Positions 9,962 through 19,506 of a stretch of DNA of 64,000 nt are shown here, piece by piece (positions within the stretch are counted from its first letter, which is position 1; every line of letters begins with the position of its first letter). Origin of the DNA: Nanobdellota archaeon (GTDB lineage: Archaea; Nanobdellota; Nanobdellia; Pacearchaeales; GW2011-AR1). The notes beneath the pieces were generated by a model, which worked only from the letters and a program-made list of their open reading frames with translations, was not told the origin of the DNA and did no database searches. The DNA lies in the NCBI GenBank assembly GCA_038045945.1, contig JBBSXC010000004.1:128001-192000 (forward strand). Direction: 5' to 3'. Made by a program: the position numbers and the translations under genes.

Positions 9962-11544
9962 GAATTATTAGGAACAAAATTTTCTGGGTATTTGTAAACT
10001 ATCAATGTTGGTTGAGCAGTATTATCCACCCAAACAGCTGAAAGATTATTCCTGGCAGCATAAGTATAAGCCCACTGAGGAGTAAATCCTGGTTCATACT
10101 GAGAAATTATAAAGTATGAAGGCTTAAGAAATAAAACTTCTTCGTTAAATGCATTTTCCCATTTATTCTGACACTGAGACGTTCCTACTTGAGAACTGTC
10201 AACACACTCATCTGGAAATTTTGTAGGTTTCATATCGTGAGTGACTCTTTGCGAATAATAATAATTCTGGACTATTGATGAAGTGACAACTGAGTCGCTA
10301 GCGGCAGAATTCTGTTTTAACCAAAGCCCTGCGTCACGAACAGCAGCATAAGAAGTTTCCCTAGCTCGGATTATTTCTCCAGCGTGCCCAATGTTTTGGT
10401 AAACACCAAACAATAATATCATAAAACAGGCAATTATCGCAAAATTCTTAATGTAAGGCCTAAGAAATGACTCTAAAGAAACAAAACCTTTACCAGCAAT
10501 TATGAATAAAGCCATAGAAGCAACAAGTAACCAACGATCATCAAAAGAACGAATAATAAACACGTAAAAGAATAATTGCGCTATAAGTATCATAAAGAAT
10601 AGTAAGTCACTATTAAGAGACTTATCCTTTTGCTTCCAAACTAAGTCCAAACCAAGAAATAGAGGAATAAGAGAGACCAAACCAATTAACCCTAAAATTG
10701 CCCATGACAAGTGCATAAAAGAAAACACCGAGGTTATAGCACCGAAAGCTGCTGGATTAGTAACGGTTGTTGAAGAGCCACCAAAATAAATTTTTAGAGC
10801 TGAAAAACCAGTGGAAGCCAAGTAGATAAAGTAGGGTAATAACAAAAGTAACAACAAACCTACTGATTTCAAAATAACTTTATCTTTAAAGAGAGAAAAC
10901 TTCCTAGTTATTAACAAGTAGGCAGCTATGGTTAACAATACTACTGCTTGAGGAAAACGGGTGTAGAAAGCTAAAACACCAAAAAGTATTGATAAGTATA
11001 ATCCTTTAGCTAAACCTTTCTTTTCATAATAAACAACAAAGTAGTATATTGATAATAATGCTAAAAACGTTGATGGTACATCGGTCATAACTCTGAATGA
11101 GTAAAAACTCCAAACCCAATAAAAAGAAAGCATTAATGATGAAGCAATGCCCGCCCATTTTCCATAAACTTCTTTACCAATAAGATAAATTACTAATACT
11201 GAAGCAATACTTGGTACAAGCTCGGCAAAGAACCTTAAAAACGATTCTCCAAGCCCTAGTTTGAAGAATAATGCACCAATGAGGGATAATAAGAAAGGCC
11301 TCATCCCAAGAAGATACGACATACTATCAGTCAAAGGCACTTTGAAAGACCAAAACTTTGCTAATGATAAATAATCTCCTTCATCCCACCAGATTGGCTG
11401 ATTTCCTAAACTAAAAAAGAAGTATAATTTGAATACTGCAGCAATTAACAAAATGACTATTATTAGTAAATGATCATTATTTTTAAGAAAAGCCTTAAGC
11501 TTCTCCTTACGTAAAGTAGTGACATCCTTTGAGGGATCAGACAT
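9958..11544 (-). CDS. GT-C (GT39/ArnT-like) membrane glycosyltransferase
   Basis: WWDE after the first TM helix, RP, TD and DRW motifs, polytopic. Confidence 0.8.
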   Translation of the reverse strand: MSDPSKDVTTLRKEKLKAFLKNNDHLLIIVILLIAAVFKLYFFFSLGNQPIWWDEGDYLSLAKFWSFKVPLTDSMSYLLGMRPFLLSLIGALFFKLGLGESFLRFFAELVPSIASVLVIYLIGKEVYGKWAGIASSLMLSFYWVWSFYSFRVMTDVPSTFLALLSIYYFVVYYEKKGLAKGLYLSILFGVLAFYTRFPQAVVLLTIAAYLLITRKFSLFKDKVILKSVGLLLLLLLPYFIYLASTGFSALKIYFGGSSTTVTNPAAFGAITSVFSFMHLSWAILGLIGLVSLIPLFLGLDLVWKQKDKSLNSDLLFFMILIAQLFFYVFIIRSFDDRWLLVASMALFIIAGKGFVSLESFLRPYIKNFAIIACFMILLFGVYQNIGHAGEIIRARETSYAAVRDAGLWLKQNSAASDSVVTSSIVQNYYYSQRVTHDMKPTKFPDECVDSSQVGTSQCQNKWENAFNEEVLFLKPSYFIISQYEPGFTPQWAYTYAARNNLSAVWVDNTAQPTLIVYKYPENFVPNNS

Positions 11545-11579
11545 GATTTGATGATAGAATAAAGCCTTTTTATTCTTTG

Positions 11580-12569
11580 TTATCTAATACCTAAAGCCTT
11601 AATGACAGAATCAGCAGAAATAGACTTAGTCAAAGGCTCATCATACAAATCAGATTTTTCAGGGAAGAAATCATAAAGCCTTGGAGAAACAAGTTTTACT
11701 AAAAATCCATAACTTTCAACCTCGTCAGGACTAGTGCAGAAGAATAGGCCAGCAGTTTTTTTCTTTAACGAAACAGCAACATGTAAAGCAAAACTATCAG
11801 AACAAACAATCATCAAACAAGAATTAACTAGTGAGGCAAACTCCAAATCAGAATTCTTAGAGTTATTAGAAAGAACATTAATCCCGTCCTTTTTCAAATC
11901 GCTTGATAAATTCTTAATCTGTTCTGATTCGCCAGGACCGCCAAATAATAAAACTTCATAACCCTTACGTTTAACTTTTTTAATAAAGTCTTTAATGTTA
12001 TCCTCATGCCACATTTTAGAAGGCCATCTTTTAGAAGCACCAACATGTAGACCAATAATCTTTTTCCCCACAAGCCCATGACTCTTAAGGAATAATTCAG
12101 CATATGACAAAGATTCTTCGTTAAGTGTTATACCGCAAAACTGTTTATTGTAAGAAAGATCAGCAGCTGAAAACATCATTTCTTGATAAGTCTTCTTATT
12201 AGATTTTTTTAGTTCATCATCAAAAGTAGTATTGAGATAGTATTGCGCACCCATATTAAAACACTCAACAAATCCGCCGTTACTCCAAAAGCCATACTTT
12301 TTCTTTGCTGTTAATTCTCCAGCAAGTTTTGTTGCTTCCTCATCAATATCAAGATTGAATAAAACATCAAAATTATCTTTTATAACAACAGGAATAGAAT
12401 AAACTTTCTTTATTAAAGGACTATTATTTAGTATTTCCACAGATTCTTTCTTGGTAAACCAATAAACTTCTGAATTAGGATACTTTTCCTTAATACCAGG
12501 CAATAAATGCATCGTGCGAACTACGTCACCTTTAGCCCCAAGCTTAATTATAGCAACTTTCTGATTCAT
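11580..12569 (-). CDS. GT9 (heptosyltransferase-like) glycosyltransferase
   Basis: IIKLGAKGDV, GAS..SK.W, DS..LHVA motifs. Confidence 0.85.
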   Translation of the reverse strand: MNQKVAIIKLGAKGDVVRTMHLLPGIKEKYPNSEVYWFTKKESVEILNNSPLIKKVYSIPVVIKDNFDVLFNLDIDEEATKLAGELTAKKKYGFWSNGGFVECFNMGAQYYLNTTFDDELKKSNKKTYQEMMFSAADLSYNKQFCGITLNEESLSYAELFLKSHGLVGKKIIGLHVGASKRWPSKMWHEDNIKDFIKKVKRKGYEVLLFGGPGESEQIKNLSSDLKKDGINVLSNNSKNSDLEFASLVNSCLMIVCSDSFALHVAVSLKKKTAGLFFCTSPDEVESYGFLVKLVSPRLYDFFPEKSDLYDEPLTKSISADSVIKALGIR

Positions 12570-12603
12570 TAGTTTTAAAACCTGAACAGTTTATATAAAG
12601 GTT

Positions 12604-13020
12604 ATGAAAGCATATGTAGCAGGAAAGCTAACAAGTGAGTCTGAGAGAGAATTCTTAGAGAAAATAGCGAGAGTATGCGAATCTGTTGGAATGAAAACTT
12701 TCTTGCCGCATAGAGATGCAGGCTTAGCTAAAAGCATTAAGGATGTAAAAAAGATATTCAAAAAAGACATACTTGGTGGGTTTAAAGACTGTAAGCTTGT
12801 AGTTGCTGACTTAAACGGCCTTCATGTAGGAGCTGGAACAGCCTGGGAGCTAGGTTACGCTTACGCTAATGGAATACCAGCAGTTGGTATCAAGACAGAT
12901 GAAGGGGTTAATGACGCTTTAGAAAGTCTTAGCGCGATACTAATATCATCAATGGATATAGTAACATCTACTCAAGAACTAAAAGAATGGCTTGTTAAGT
13001 TTTTTAATAAGAAACATTAA
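12604..13020 (+). CDS. Nucleoside 2-deoxyribosyltransferase / nucleotide N-hydrolase family protein
   Basis: YVAG, FLPH, D..G, GTAWELGYA motifs. Confidence 0.85.
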   Translation: MKAYVAGKLTSESEREFLEKIARVCESVGMKTFLPHRDAGLAKSIKDVKKIFKKDILGGFKDCKLVVADLNGLHVGAGTAWELGYAYANGIPAVGIKTDEGVNDALESLSAILISSMDIVTSTQELKEWLVKFFNKKH

Positions 13021-13925
13021 TCTAAAGGTTTAGTTGTGGGAGTTTCTGTTTCTCTCCAACCATCAGCATAAGACTTTTTCTGTTTCAACTCCTTAAAAGC
13101 TCTATAGTAAATGAACAATCTTGCGAAATATAGCTCAACAGTCCAAAAGAATTCTTTAATATTTTTAGGATAGAAAAACAAAAAATGCCAACCATGCTTT
13201 ATCTCGTTAAAGAAAGACTTAGTTCTTGGGATATTAGGAGCTATTTTACTAAGATTTTCGTGACCTTTAATATTTCTAACCTTCTGAGTTAGCCAATCTT
13301 TCCAATCAGAGGGATTCTTAACATAAACCTGAGCTTGAGGAACATATCTTATTTTATAACCTTTATTCCAAAAAAGGTAAGGGATAATACTGTCCTCAGA
13401 TGTTTCTAAAGGAAAATCAGAAATAACACCTTTTCTAATAGCAAACAAGTACCCAGAACACTCTAAAAATGATCCGCTATCAGAAAGCTTTCTTCTAGCA
13501 GAGTCAATACCATCAAATAAAAAATTAGCCCAGTAGCCATACTTAGTACTTCGGTCTTCAACACAAACAGGTTTACCAGTAACACAACCAACATTAGGAT
13601 CATTAAAGGCATCTTTTATCGATTGAACAGCATTTTCTCCAACAAAAACATCACCATCAGTCAAAATAAAAATATCTTCCTTGCTTTTAGAGCCGAACTC
13701 ATTAAATAAAAGGTTCAAAGCATAACTCTTACCTTCTCCAGGATCAGTAAAGAAAATAACTGACTTATGACCACCTTTCAAATTCTTCTTTATGAACTTT
13801 TCAGTTTCAGGGAAAGGATCACAGACAATAACCCTTAAACCCTTAACTTTTTGGGATAAAACTTTTTCAACAGCACGTAGAGTAGCTTTAGGTTCCTTAA
13901 AAGAAGTTATTATTACATCAATCAT
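13017..13925 (-). CDS. GT2 glycosyltransferase
   Basis: GKS.ALN, TDGD, SED, QKVR motifs. Confidence 0.82.
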   Translation of the reverse strand: MIDVIITSFKEPKATLRAVEKVLSQKVKGLRVIVCDPFPETEKFIKKNLKGGHKSVIFFTDPGEGKSYALNLLFNEFGSKSKEDIFILTDGDVFVGENAVQSIKDAFNDPNVGCVTGKPVCVEDRSTKYGYWANFLFDGIDSARRKLSDSGSFLECSGYLFAIRKGVISDFPLETSEDSIIPYLFWNKGYKIRYVPQAQVYVKNPSDWKDWLTQKVRNIKGHENLSKIAPNIPRTKSFFNEIKHGWHFLFFYPKNIKEFFWTVELYFARLFIYYRAFKELKQKKSYADGWRETETPTTKPLD

Positions 13926-14122
13926 TTTGATAAAACATCAAAAGGGTAATCAGCAGGCCTCACAAGAACAATTTTTTCTCCTTTTTCATTAATTGCTTCA
14001 AAACGCACCTTCTTAGTACCTTGCTTGCCCATGTCAGAAACCTCCAAGTTATTAATCTTGCACTTCTGATCGGCAATCACTACAATATCCCCTTTAACTA
14101 AATCTTTTGCTTGTTTCTTCAT
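13922..14122 (-). CDS. Short aIF5A/EF-P N-terminal-domain-like protein
   Basis: AKDL.KGD.V.I...C.I...VS.MGKQG.KKV resembles the aIF5A N-domain; only 66 aa. Confidence 0.65.
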   Translation of the reverse strand: MKKQAKDLVKGDIVVIADQKCKINNLEVSDMGKQGTKKVRFEAINEKGEKIVLVRPADYPFDVLSK

Positions 14123-14172
14123 AAAACAAAGAAATTTATCAAATTTATAAAGATTGCTTATTAAGATGATAA

Positions 14173-14898
14173 ATGACTAACAAAGCAATAATCATCTGCT
14201 CAGGAGGGTTAGACAGCGTAACTACAGCAAACTACGCAAAAAAAATATTAGGTTATGAAGAGATAATAATAATGTTCTTTGATTACGGGCAGAGAACAGT
14301 CAAACAAGAGAGATATTTCTCAAAAAAATGCTCAAAAAACCTAAAAGCAAAATTTATAGAAGTTAGACTAGACGAACTGAAAAAATGGTCGACTTCGCTA
14401 ATAAACAAAAGAAGTAAAGTAAAAAAATTAAGGATTATTGACTTAAAAAACAGTAAAGAAGAGAGTAACAAGTATTATGTTCCTTGTAGAAACACAATTT
14501 TTTTAACATACGCTTTAGCACTTGCAGAATCAAAAATCATTAAAGAAAAAGAAGTTTTTGATGTACTTGTAGGTTTTAAATCTGAAGGATCTGAAAGTTA
14601 TCCAGACACAACAAAGAATTTTGTTAAAAAGATTAATGAGCTAAGAAAAGAAGCAACACTAGTTAAAGGAAAAATAAAGGCGCCTCTAATAGACAAGGAT
14701 AAAGAAGACATAATAGTCCTAGCTAATAAGATGGGAGTAAGATTGGAAGACACTTATAGTTGTTATGCAGGAGCAAAAAACTACCAGCATTGTGGTGTTT
14801 GTTTATCATGTAGACTAAGACAAGAAGGATTTTACTGGGCTAACACTCCAGATCCAACTAGATACGCTCACAAGTTAAAAGATTCTAGAAAGATTTAG
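14173..14898 (+). CDS. queC: 7-cyano-7-deazaguanine synthase QueC family
   Basis: SGGLDS, FDYGQR, YVPCRN, YPD, and SCY...HCGVCLSC Zn site. Confidence 0.9.
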   Translation: MTNKAIIICSGGLDSVTTANYAKKILGYEEIIIMFFDYGQRTVKQERYFSKKCSKNLKAKFIEVRLDELKKWSTSLINKRSKVKKLRIIDLKNSKEESNKYYVPCRNTIFLTYALALAESKIIKEKEVFDVLVGFKSEGSESYPDTTKNFVKKINELRKEATLVKGKIKAPLIDKDKEDIIVLANKMGVRLEDTYSCYAGAKNYQHCGVCLSCRLRQEGFYWANTPDPTRYAHKLKDSRKI

Positions 14899-14913
14899 GA
14901 AAGTTTACCCCAA

Positions 14914-16035
14914 TCACTTATCATAACTTTTTAGTAAGTTATTCAGCGTATTTATCACTTTTTTTGATTCAAAATCTTTAGCTCTAATTCTAGAATTTTT
15001 TTGGATTAGTTTTATTTCTTTAGAGCCAATTTTTAAAACTTGTTCTATTTTAGATGATAATTCTTCGTAGTCACCTATGCTAAACAAGAAACCGTTTATT
15101 CCATCAGTAATTACTTCTTTACCACCATCAGTCTTTGATGATATTACTACCTTACCAAGGCTCATAGCATCAATTAATGATATTGGAAGACCTTCCCTCT
15201 TACTAGGAAGAACAAAAATGTCGCAGTCTTGTAAAACAGCAATTTTTTCATTAATTCCCTCCACAGATTTATTAAAATAAATTTTTTGAGAAGATAAAAG
15301 CTTTATTTTTTCATACCCATTCTCAACAGGACCTGTAATATCCAAATTTAACTTATGGTAATCCTTTGAGACTTTAATAAAAGCCTTAACTAAAGTTTCT
15401 ATATCTTTTACAGGAGCAACGCGACCAAAAAACAATACTTTTTTCCCTAAAAAAGCCCTTGTTTTTTGTTTGAAAAAATAGTCATTTATTGAGTTTGGTA
15501 TAATAACTATTTTTTCTTTAGGCACACCAAGAGAAAGTAAGTATGGCACTTCCCAATTAGTTATGGCTATTATTTTTGAGAAACTTTTTATTTTTCTTTT
15601 ATTAAGAGAATAATATATTTTTGTAGCAATATTAAGAGGGAAACTTCTTGGAACATTAAAAGGGGCGTGAGTAACTAGTAAGCATGGCTTATTAAGAATT
15701 TTACAAATTTTAAGAGCCTTAAAAGAATGAGGGTGAATTAAGTGAGTTATTACAACATCCGGATTAATATCTATCAGCCTTTTTTTGAAATCAAAATAAG
15801 TAACATTTTTTGATAACAACTTGTCAAAGACTCCTGTTTTGCTTGGAAAACGGTATATTTCTATTCCATCTTTTGATTCATATGAAGAAACTATTTCTTC
15901 AGTGCTTTTATTAACGTTTGATGATAGAACATACACTTTGTGTCCCTTCTTGACTAATTCTCTTGATTCTTGATAAACTCTGCTCCAAACTCCACAAATA
16001 CCACTAGAAAATTCGCAAATTTGTATTATCTTCAT
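14914..16035 (-). CDS. GT4 glycosyltransferase
   Basis: IPN, FFGR...K, LPS..EGLP...DAM motifs. Confidence 0.88.
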   Translation of the reverse strand: MKIIQICEFSSGICGVWSRVYQESRELVKKGHKVYVLSSNVNKSTEEIVSSYESKDGIEIYRFPSKTGVFDKLLSKNVTYFDFKKRLIDINPDVVITHLIHPHSFKALKICKILNKPCLLVTHAPFNVPRSFPLNIATKIYYSLNKRKIKSFSKIIAITNWEVPYLLSLGVPKEKIVIIPNSINDYFFKQKTRAFLGKKVLFFGRVAPVKDIETLVKAFIKVSKDYHKLNLDITGPVENGYEKIKLLSSQKIYFNKSVEGINEKIAVLQDCDIFVLPSKREGLPISLIDAMSLGKVVISSKTDGGKEVITDGINGFLFSIGDYEELSSKIEQVLKIGSKEIKLIQKNSRIRAKDFESKKVINTLNNLLKSYDK

Positions 16036-16191
16036 GAGATATTTATGTGATAATCAACTTATAAAAGTAATTAAAGATGAATCCATAAAAGCTTTTTTTG
16101 GGCGGTTGGATGGTTAACACCGTTTAAATGTTATTCTTTAGGACGCAATAATCTTTATAATGGGTTATGTCACTATAAAACAAGGATAAAA

Positions 16192-17688
16192 ATGAGGCAT
16201 ACAGATAAAAAACCAAAGACTGCACTAATAATTCCTCCTTCTCCTTTTTTAGCTGATGAGAGAGTTTTCCCGTTTTTAGGCATACTAAAAGTTGCTTCAG
16301 TTTTGGAAAGTAGGGGCTACCCGGTAGATGTTTTAGACCTTTCGGGAATAAGAAACTATTTGGATGTTATAGATGCATATATGGGAGAAAATAACGCTAA
16401 TAATTTTGGTATTACTGCTACAACACCACAATTTCCAAGGGCAGTAGATATTGCTAGAAGAATTAAAATAAACAGTCCAGGAGTAAAAACTATTTTTGGG
16501 GGTGCTCATGCTACAATGGTAGGGTCAGCTTACGGCTTAGATGTAAGGAAGAATGTTGTTGGTAGAGGAACAACAGCATATAGACAAATGGTCGAACTTT
16601 TTGATAAAGTAGTCATAGGTGATGGCGAAGAGGCAATATTTGAAGCATTAAAAGAAGGATCGGAAAAAGTCATTGATGCAGGAAGCCTAAAAAGCCCTTT
16701 TTTCCTTCAGAGAGGAACATTAGATAAATACCCCGTGCCTTCAAGACACCTAATAGACTTTGATTCTTACCATTACAAGATTGATGGTAAAGATGCACAG
16801 TCTATGATAGCTCAATTAGGGTGTCCGTTCGAATGCGGGTTTTGTGGCGGAAGAAACACTAACTCCTTTAGAGTAACTAGGACAAGATCAATAGAAAGCA
16901 TCATGGAAGAGGTAGACTTATTAGTTAATAAGTATGGAAAAAGAGGGATAATGTTCTATGATGATGAACTAAATCTTTCAAACGCTACACTGATGAACTT
17001 AATGGGGGAGCTCGTAAAATATCAAGAAAAGAATAGTTTAGAATTAAGACTTAGAGGGTTTGTAAAAGCTGAACTATTCACCCCAGAACAGGCTAATCTG
17101 ATGTATAGAGCAGGCTTTAGAGTCATGCTCTCAGGAGTTGAATCAGGAGATGATGGAATGCTCTTCACTATGAACAAGAAGACTACAAGAGAAATAAATT
17201 CTGCTTGGGTCAGGTATTGTCATGAAGCAGGACTTAAAGCAAAAGCTTTAATGAGCATTGGCCACCCGGGAGAAACAGAAGAAACAATTAATAACAGCTT
17301 AGAATGGGTTTTAACAAATAGACCTGACGATGTTGACTTCACAATAATAACTCAATACCCAGGAAGCCCATACTTTGATTCATCTGTAAGAGACCCATCT
17401 AGAGAAGAAGTATGGGTTTATACAGAGCCAAGAACAAAAAAGGTTTTATTTTCTCAAGATGTAAACTTTGCTGAAAAAGCAGAATACTACAAAGGAGTGC
17501 CTGGAGACTATACTTCCTTTGTTTGGACGGAATCTCTATCAGCCCAAGATTTAGTAAGACATAGAGACAGAGCAGAAAAGACATCTAGAGAAGCATTAGG
17601 GTTAGAACAAATAGCTTATTCCCCAGGCACACAGTTTGAGCACTCCATGGGCCAAGGATTACCAAGCTCTATACTAAGATCATCATAA
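16192..17688 (+). CDS. Cobalamin-binding radical SAM protein
   Basis: N-terminal B12-binding-like domain (LG...AS.L, GGAHAT, GDGE), CPFECGFC, DDE, GVESG, GHPGET. Confidence 0.88.
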   Translation: MRHTDKKPKTALIIPPSPFLADERVFPFLGILKVASVLESRGYPVDVLDLSGIRNYLDVIDAYMGENNANNFGITATTPQFPRAVDIARRIKINSPGVKTIFGGAHATMVGSAYGLDVRKNVVGRGTTAYRQMVELFDKVVIGDGEEAIFEALKEGSEKVIDAGSLKSPFFLQRGTLDKYPVPSRHLIDFDSYHYKIDGKDAQSMIAQLGCPFECGFCGGRNTNSFRVTRTRSIESIMEEVDLLVNKYGKRGIMFYDDELNLSNATLMNLMGELVKYQEKNSLELRLRGFVKAELFTPEQANLMYRAGFRVMLSGVESGDDGMLFTMNKKTTREINSAWVRYCHEAGLKAKALMSIGHPGETEETINNSLEWVLTNRPDDVDFTIITQYPGSPYFDSSVRDPSREEVWVYTEPRTKKVLFSQDVNFAEKAEYYKGVPGDYTSFVWTESLSAQDLVRHRDRAEKTSREALGLEQIAYSPGTQFEHSMGQGLPSSILRSS

Positions 17689-17701
17689 AAAATTTATTTG
17701 A

Positions 17702-18703
17702 TTAAAATTTTTCTTTCATGCTTAAGTCAGAATTCAAAAAATTTCTTACTTTCCCAGCCTTAATCTCTTTATGATATCTCAAACAATAAAAAATAGCTTC
17801 AGAGACATTCTTTAGATGTAAGAAATTCTTCTTTGATGGGCGAATAATTGCTCTAGCAGCGTTACCTAATAGCAACCCAGTTATTGACCAGGCCATTTTC
17901 AAAGTACCTAAAGGCGTGTTAAAAAACCTGTAATAAAAAGAAAATCTGTCTTCTTGGCTAACAAATATCCTCTTTCTTTCAGGATATCTTTCAACTTCAC
18001 TAAAACTATGATAGACTCTGCACTTAGGAGTGATTAATAGACTTCCTTTACCATGCTCTCTATAAACTTTGTATGAGCATTCAATGTCCTGTAGAACATT
18101 GTAACCTGGAATTTTTGGCCAAAGATAATCATCATATACGCAAACTCTGTAAAACATGTTTGTTCCAGGAAGCCACTCTGCATCCGCAATGTCCCTTTTG
18201 ATTATTGGGCTTTCAGTATTTCCATAAGGGCCGGTTATTCTAAACTTGTGATCTTCTTTTCTTGGAAGAAAGAACAGAGAAAAGAAAAATCTTGAAAGTA
18301 TTGATTTAGCACTTGAAAAGTCGTAATTTTTAGATTTATCAGCTCCACCAACTCCAATAATTTTAGGGTTTGAATTGAATATTTTTAGAGCTTCTAAAAA
18401 ATAGTTTTTTGATATTTCTACATCATCATCAAGTGTTAATATTAGCTTAAATTTCTTTCTAGCTTTAATTAGGCCTATGTTTCCAGACATGCCCGTTGAA
18501 GGGTTAGGATTGTGAATATATTCAACATTTAGTTTTTTGAATGATTGACAAACAATTTTTGATTTATCATTCTTGCTCTGATCAATAACAAAGACTCTCT
18601 CTGGCAAAACAGTTGAGGCTTCAATCATTGATAAAGCCTTATTTAAGTCATCAGGACGGTTATAAGTCGGAATAACAACACAAACATCTTTACCTGTAAG
18701 CAT
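17702..18703 (-). CDS. GT2 glycosyltransferase
   Basis: VVIPTYNR, IDQS, LDDD motifs. Confidence 0.85.
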   Translation of the reverse strand: MLTGKDVCVVIPTYNRPDDLNKALSMIEASTVLPERVFVIDQSKNDKSKIVCQSFKKLNVEYIHNPNPSTGMSGNIGLIKARKKFKLILTLDDDVEISKNYFLEALKIFNSNPKIIGVGGADKSKNYDFSSAKSILSRFFFSLFFLPRKEDHKFRITGPYGNTESPIIKRDIADAEWLPGTNMFYRVCVYDDYLWPKIPGYNVLQDIECSYKVYREHGKGSLLITPKCRVYHSFSEVERYPERKRIFVSQEDRFSFYYRFFNTPLGTLKMAWSITGLLLGNAARAIIRPSKKNFLHLKNVSEAIFYCLRYHKEIKAGKVRNFLNSDLSMKEKF

Positions 18704-18830
18704 AAAAGATTCAAAGATAAAGGTAGTTAAAAAGCTTTTTATCTAGGGAAAAACATCAATACAGAAAAGTTCCTATATACTACTATTTTATCTAAAAACT
18801 TAAATAAGGACCATAATTCTTTAACTTAAT

Positions 18831-19499
18831 ATGGATTTAAGACTCAACGACGGAAGAGAAAAGTACCGTTTATTTTATGGAAGGAATTTAGCTGAAATGC
18901 CAAAGTTAGTTGCTGATGCTCGAGTACCAATTAATACAAAGCAAGTTATTGAAAGAAGACTAGAAGTATTTAGAAATTCAGATAATGAACTGAAAGAAAC
19001 ATGGATGGACAACTATTTCGATACAGGAGACGCAATTCTTTATCACCCAGACGGAAGAGTGAAGATAGTACTAGACTCTCAAATCCTAAGGGGTATGAGT
19101 CTAGAAAGCAAACGTATTGATGGAGCACTAATATTAAGTGAGGAAATTTATTCAAGCTCTTTAGGACTAGAGCTTAAACCAGAACAAATAAAAAAGATGG
19201 ATAATGAAAAGACATTAACAGCAGAACAAGTTAAAGGTCACCCAATTTGGAAATACTTACTAAGGGAAGATGAAGGACTTTTAGAGGAATCAATTGATAT
19301 CCTCTTTTCAGAAATGAACAGAAGATTTAGTTATAGCGAAGGTATGGGAGTTTATTTAGACCACCCTTCAAGGTTACCTAAAGCTAGAACTCTTTCAATA
19401 AGAAGACTAGAAGGATGGTCTGCAGCAGTTGCAAGAGGATTCTTTAATGATGGCGGAGGCCTAGGAAGACTCGTAGGCGTGAATTCTCAAAACCATTAG
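18831..19499 (+). CDS. Hypothetical protein (possible C-type-lectin-fold, DGR-target-like)
   Basis: 222-aa ORF with an upstream TATA-like sequence; C-terminus ends in GRLVGV. The fold call is recall-based. Confidence 0.6.
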   Translation: MDLRLNDGREKYRLFYGRNLAEMPKLVADARVPINTKQVIERRLEVFRNSDNELKETWMDNYFDTGDAILYHPDGRVKIVLDSQILRGMSLESKRIDGALILSEEIYSSSLGLELKPEQIKKMDNEKTLTAEQVKGHPIWKYLLREDEGLLEESIDILFSEMNRRFSYSEGMGVYLDHPSRLPKARTLSIRRLEGWSAAVARGFFNDGGGLGRLVGVNSQNH

Positions 19500-19506
19500 A
19501 GTTTTA

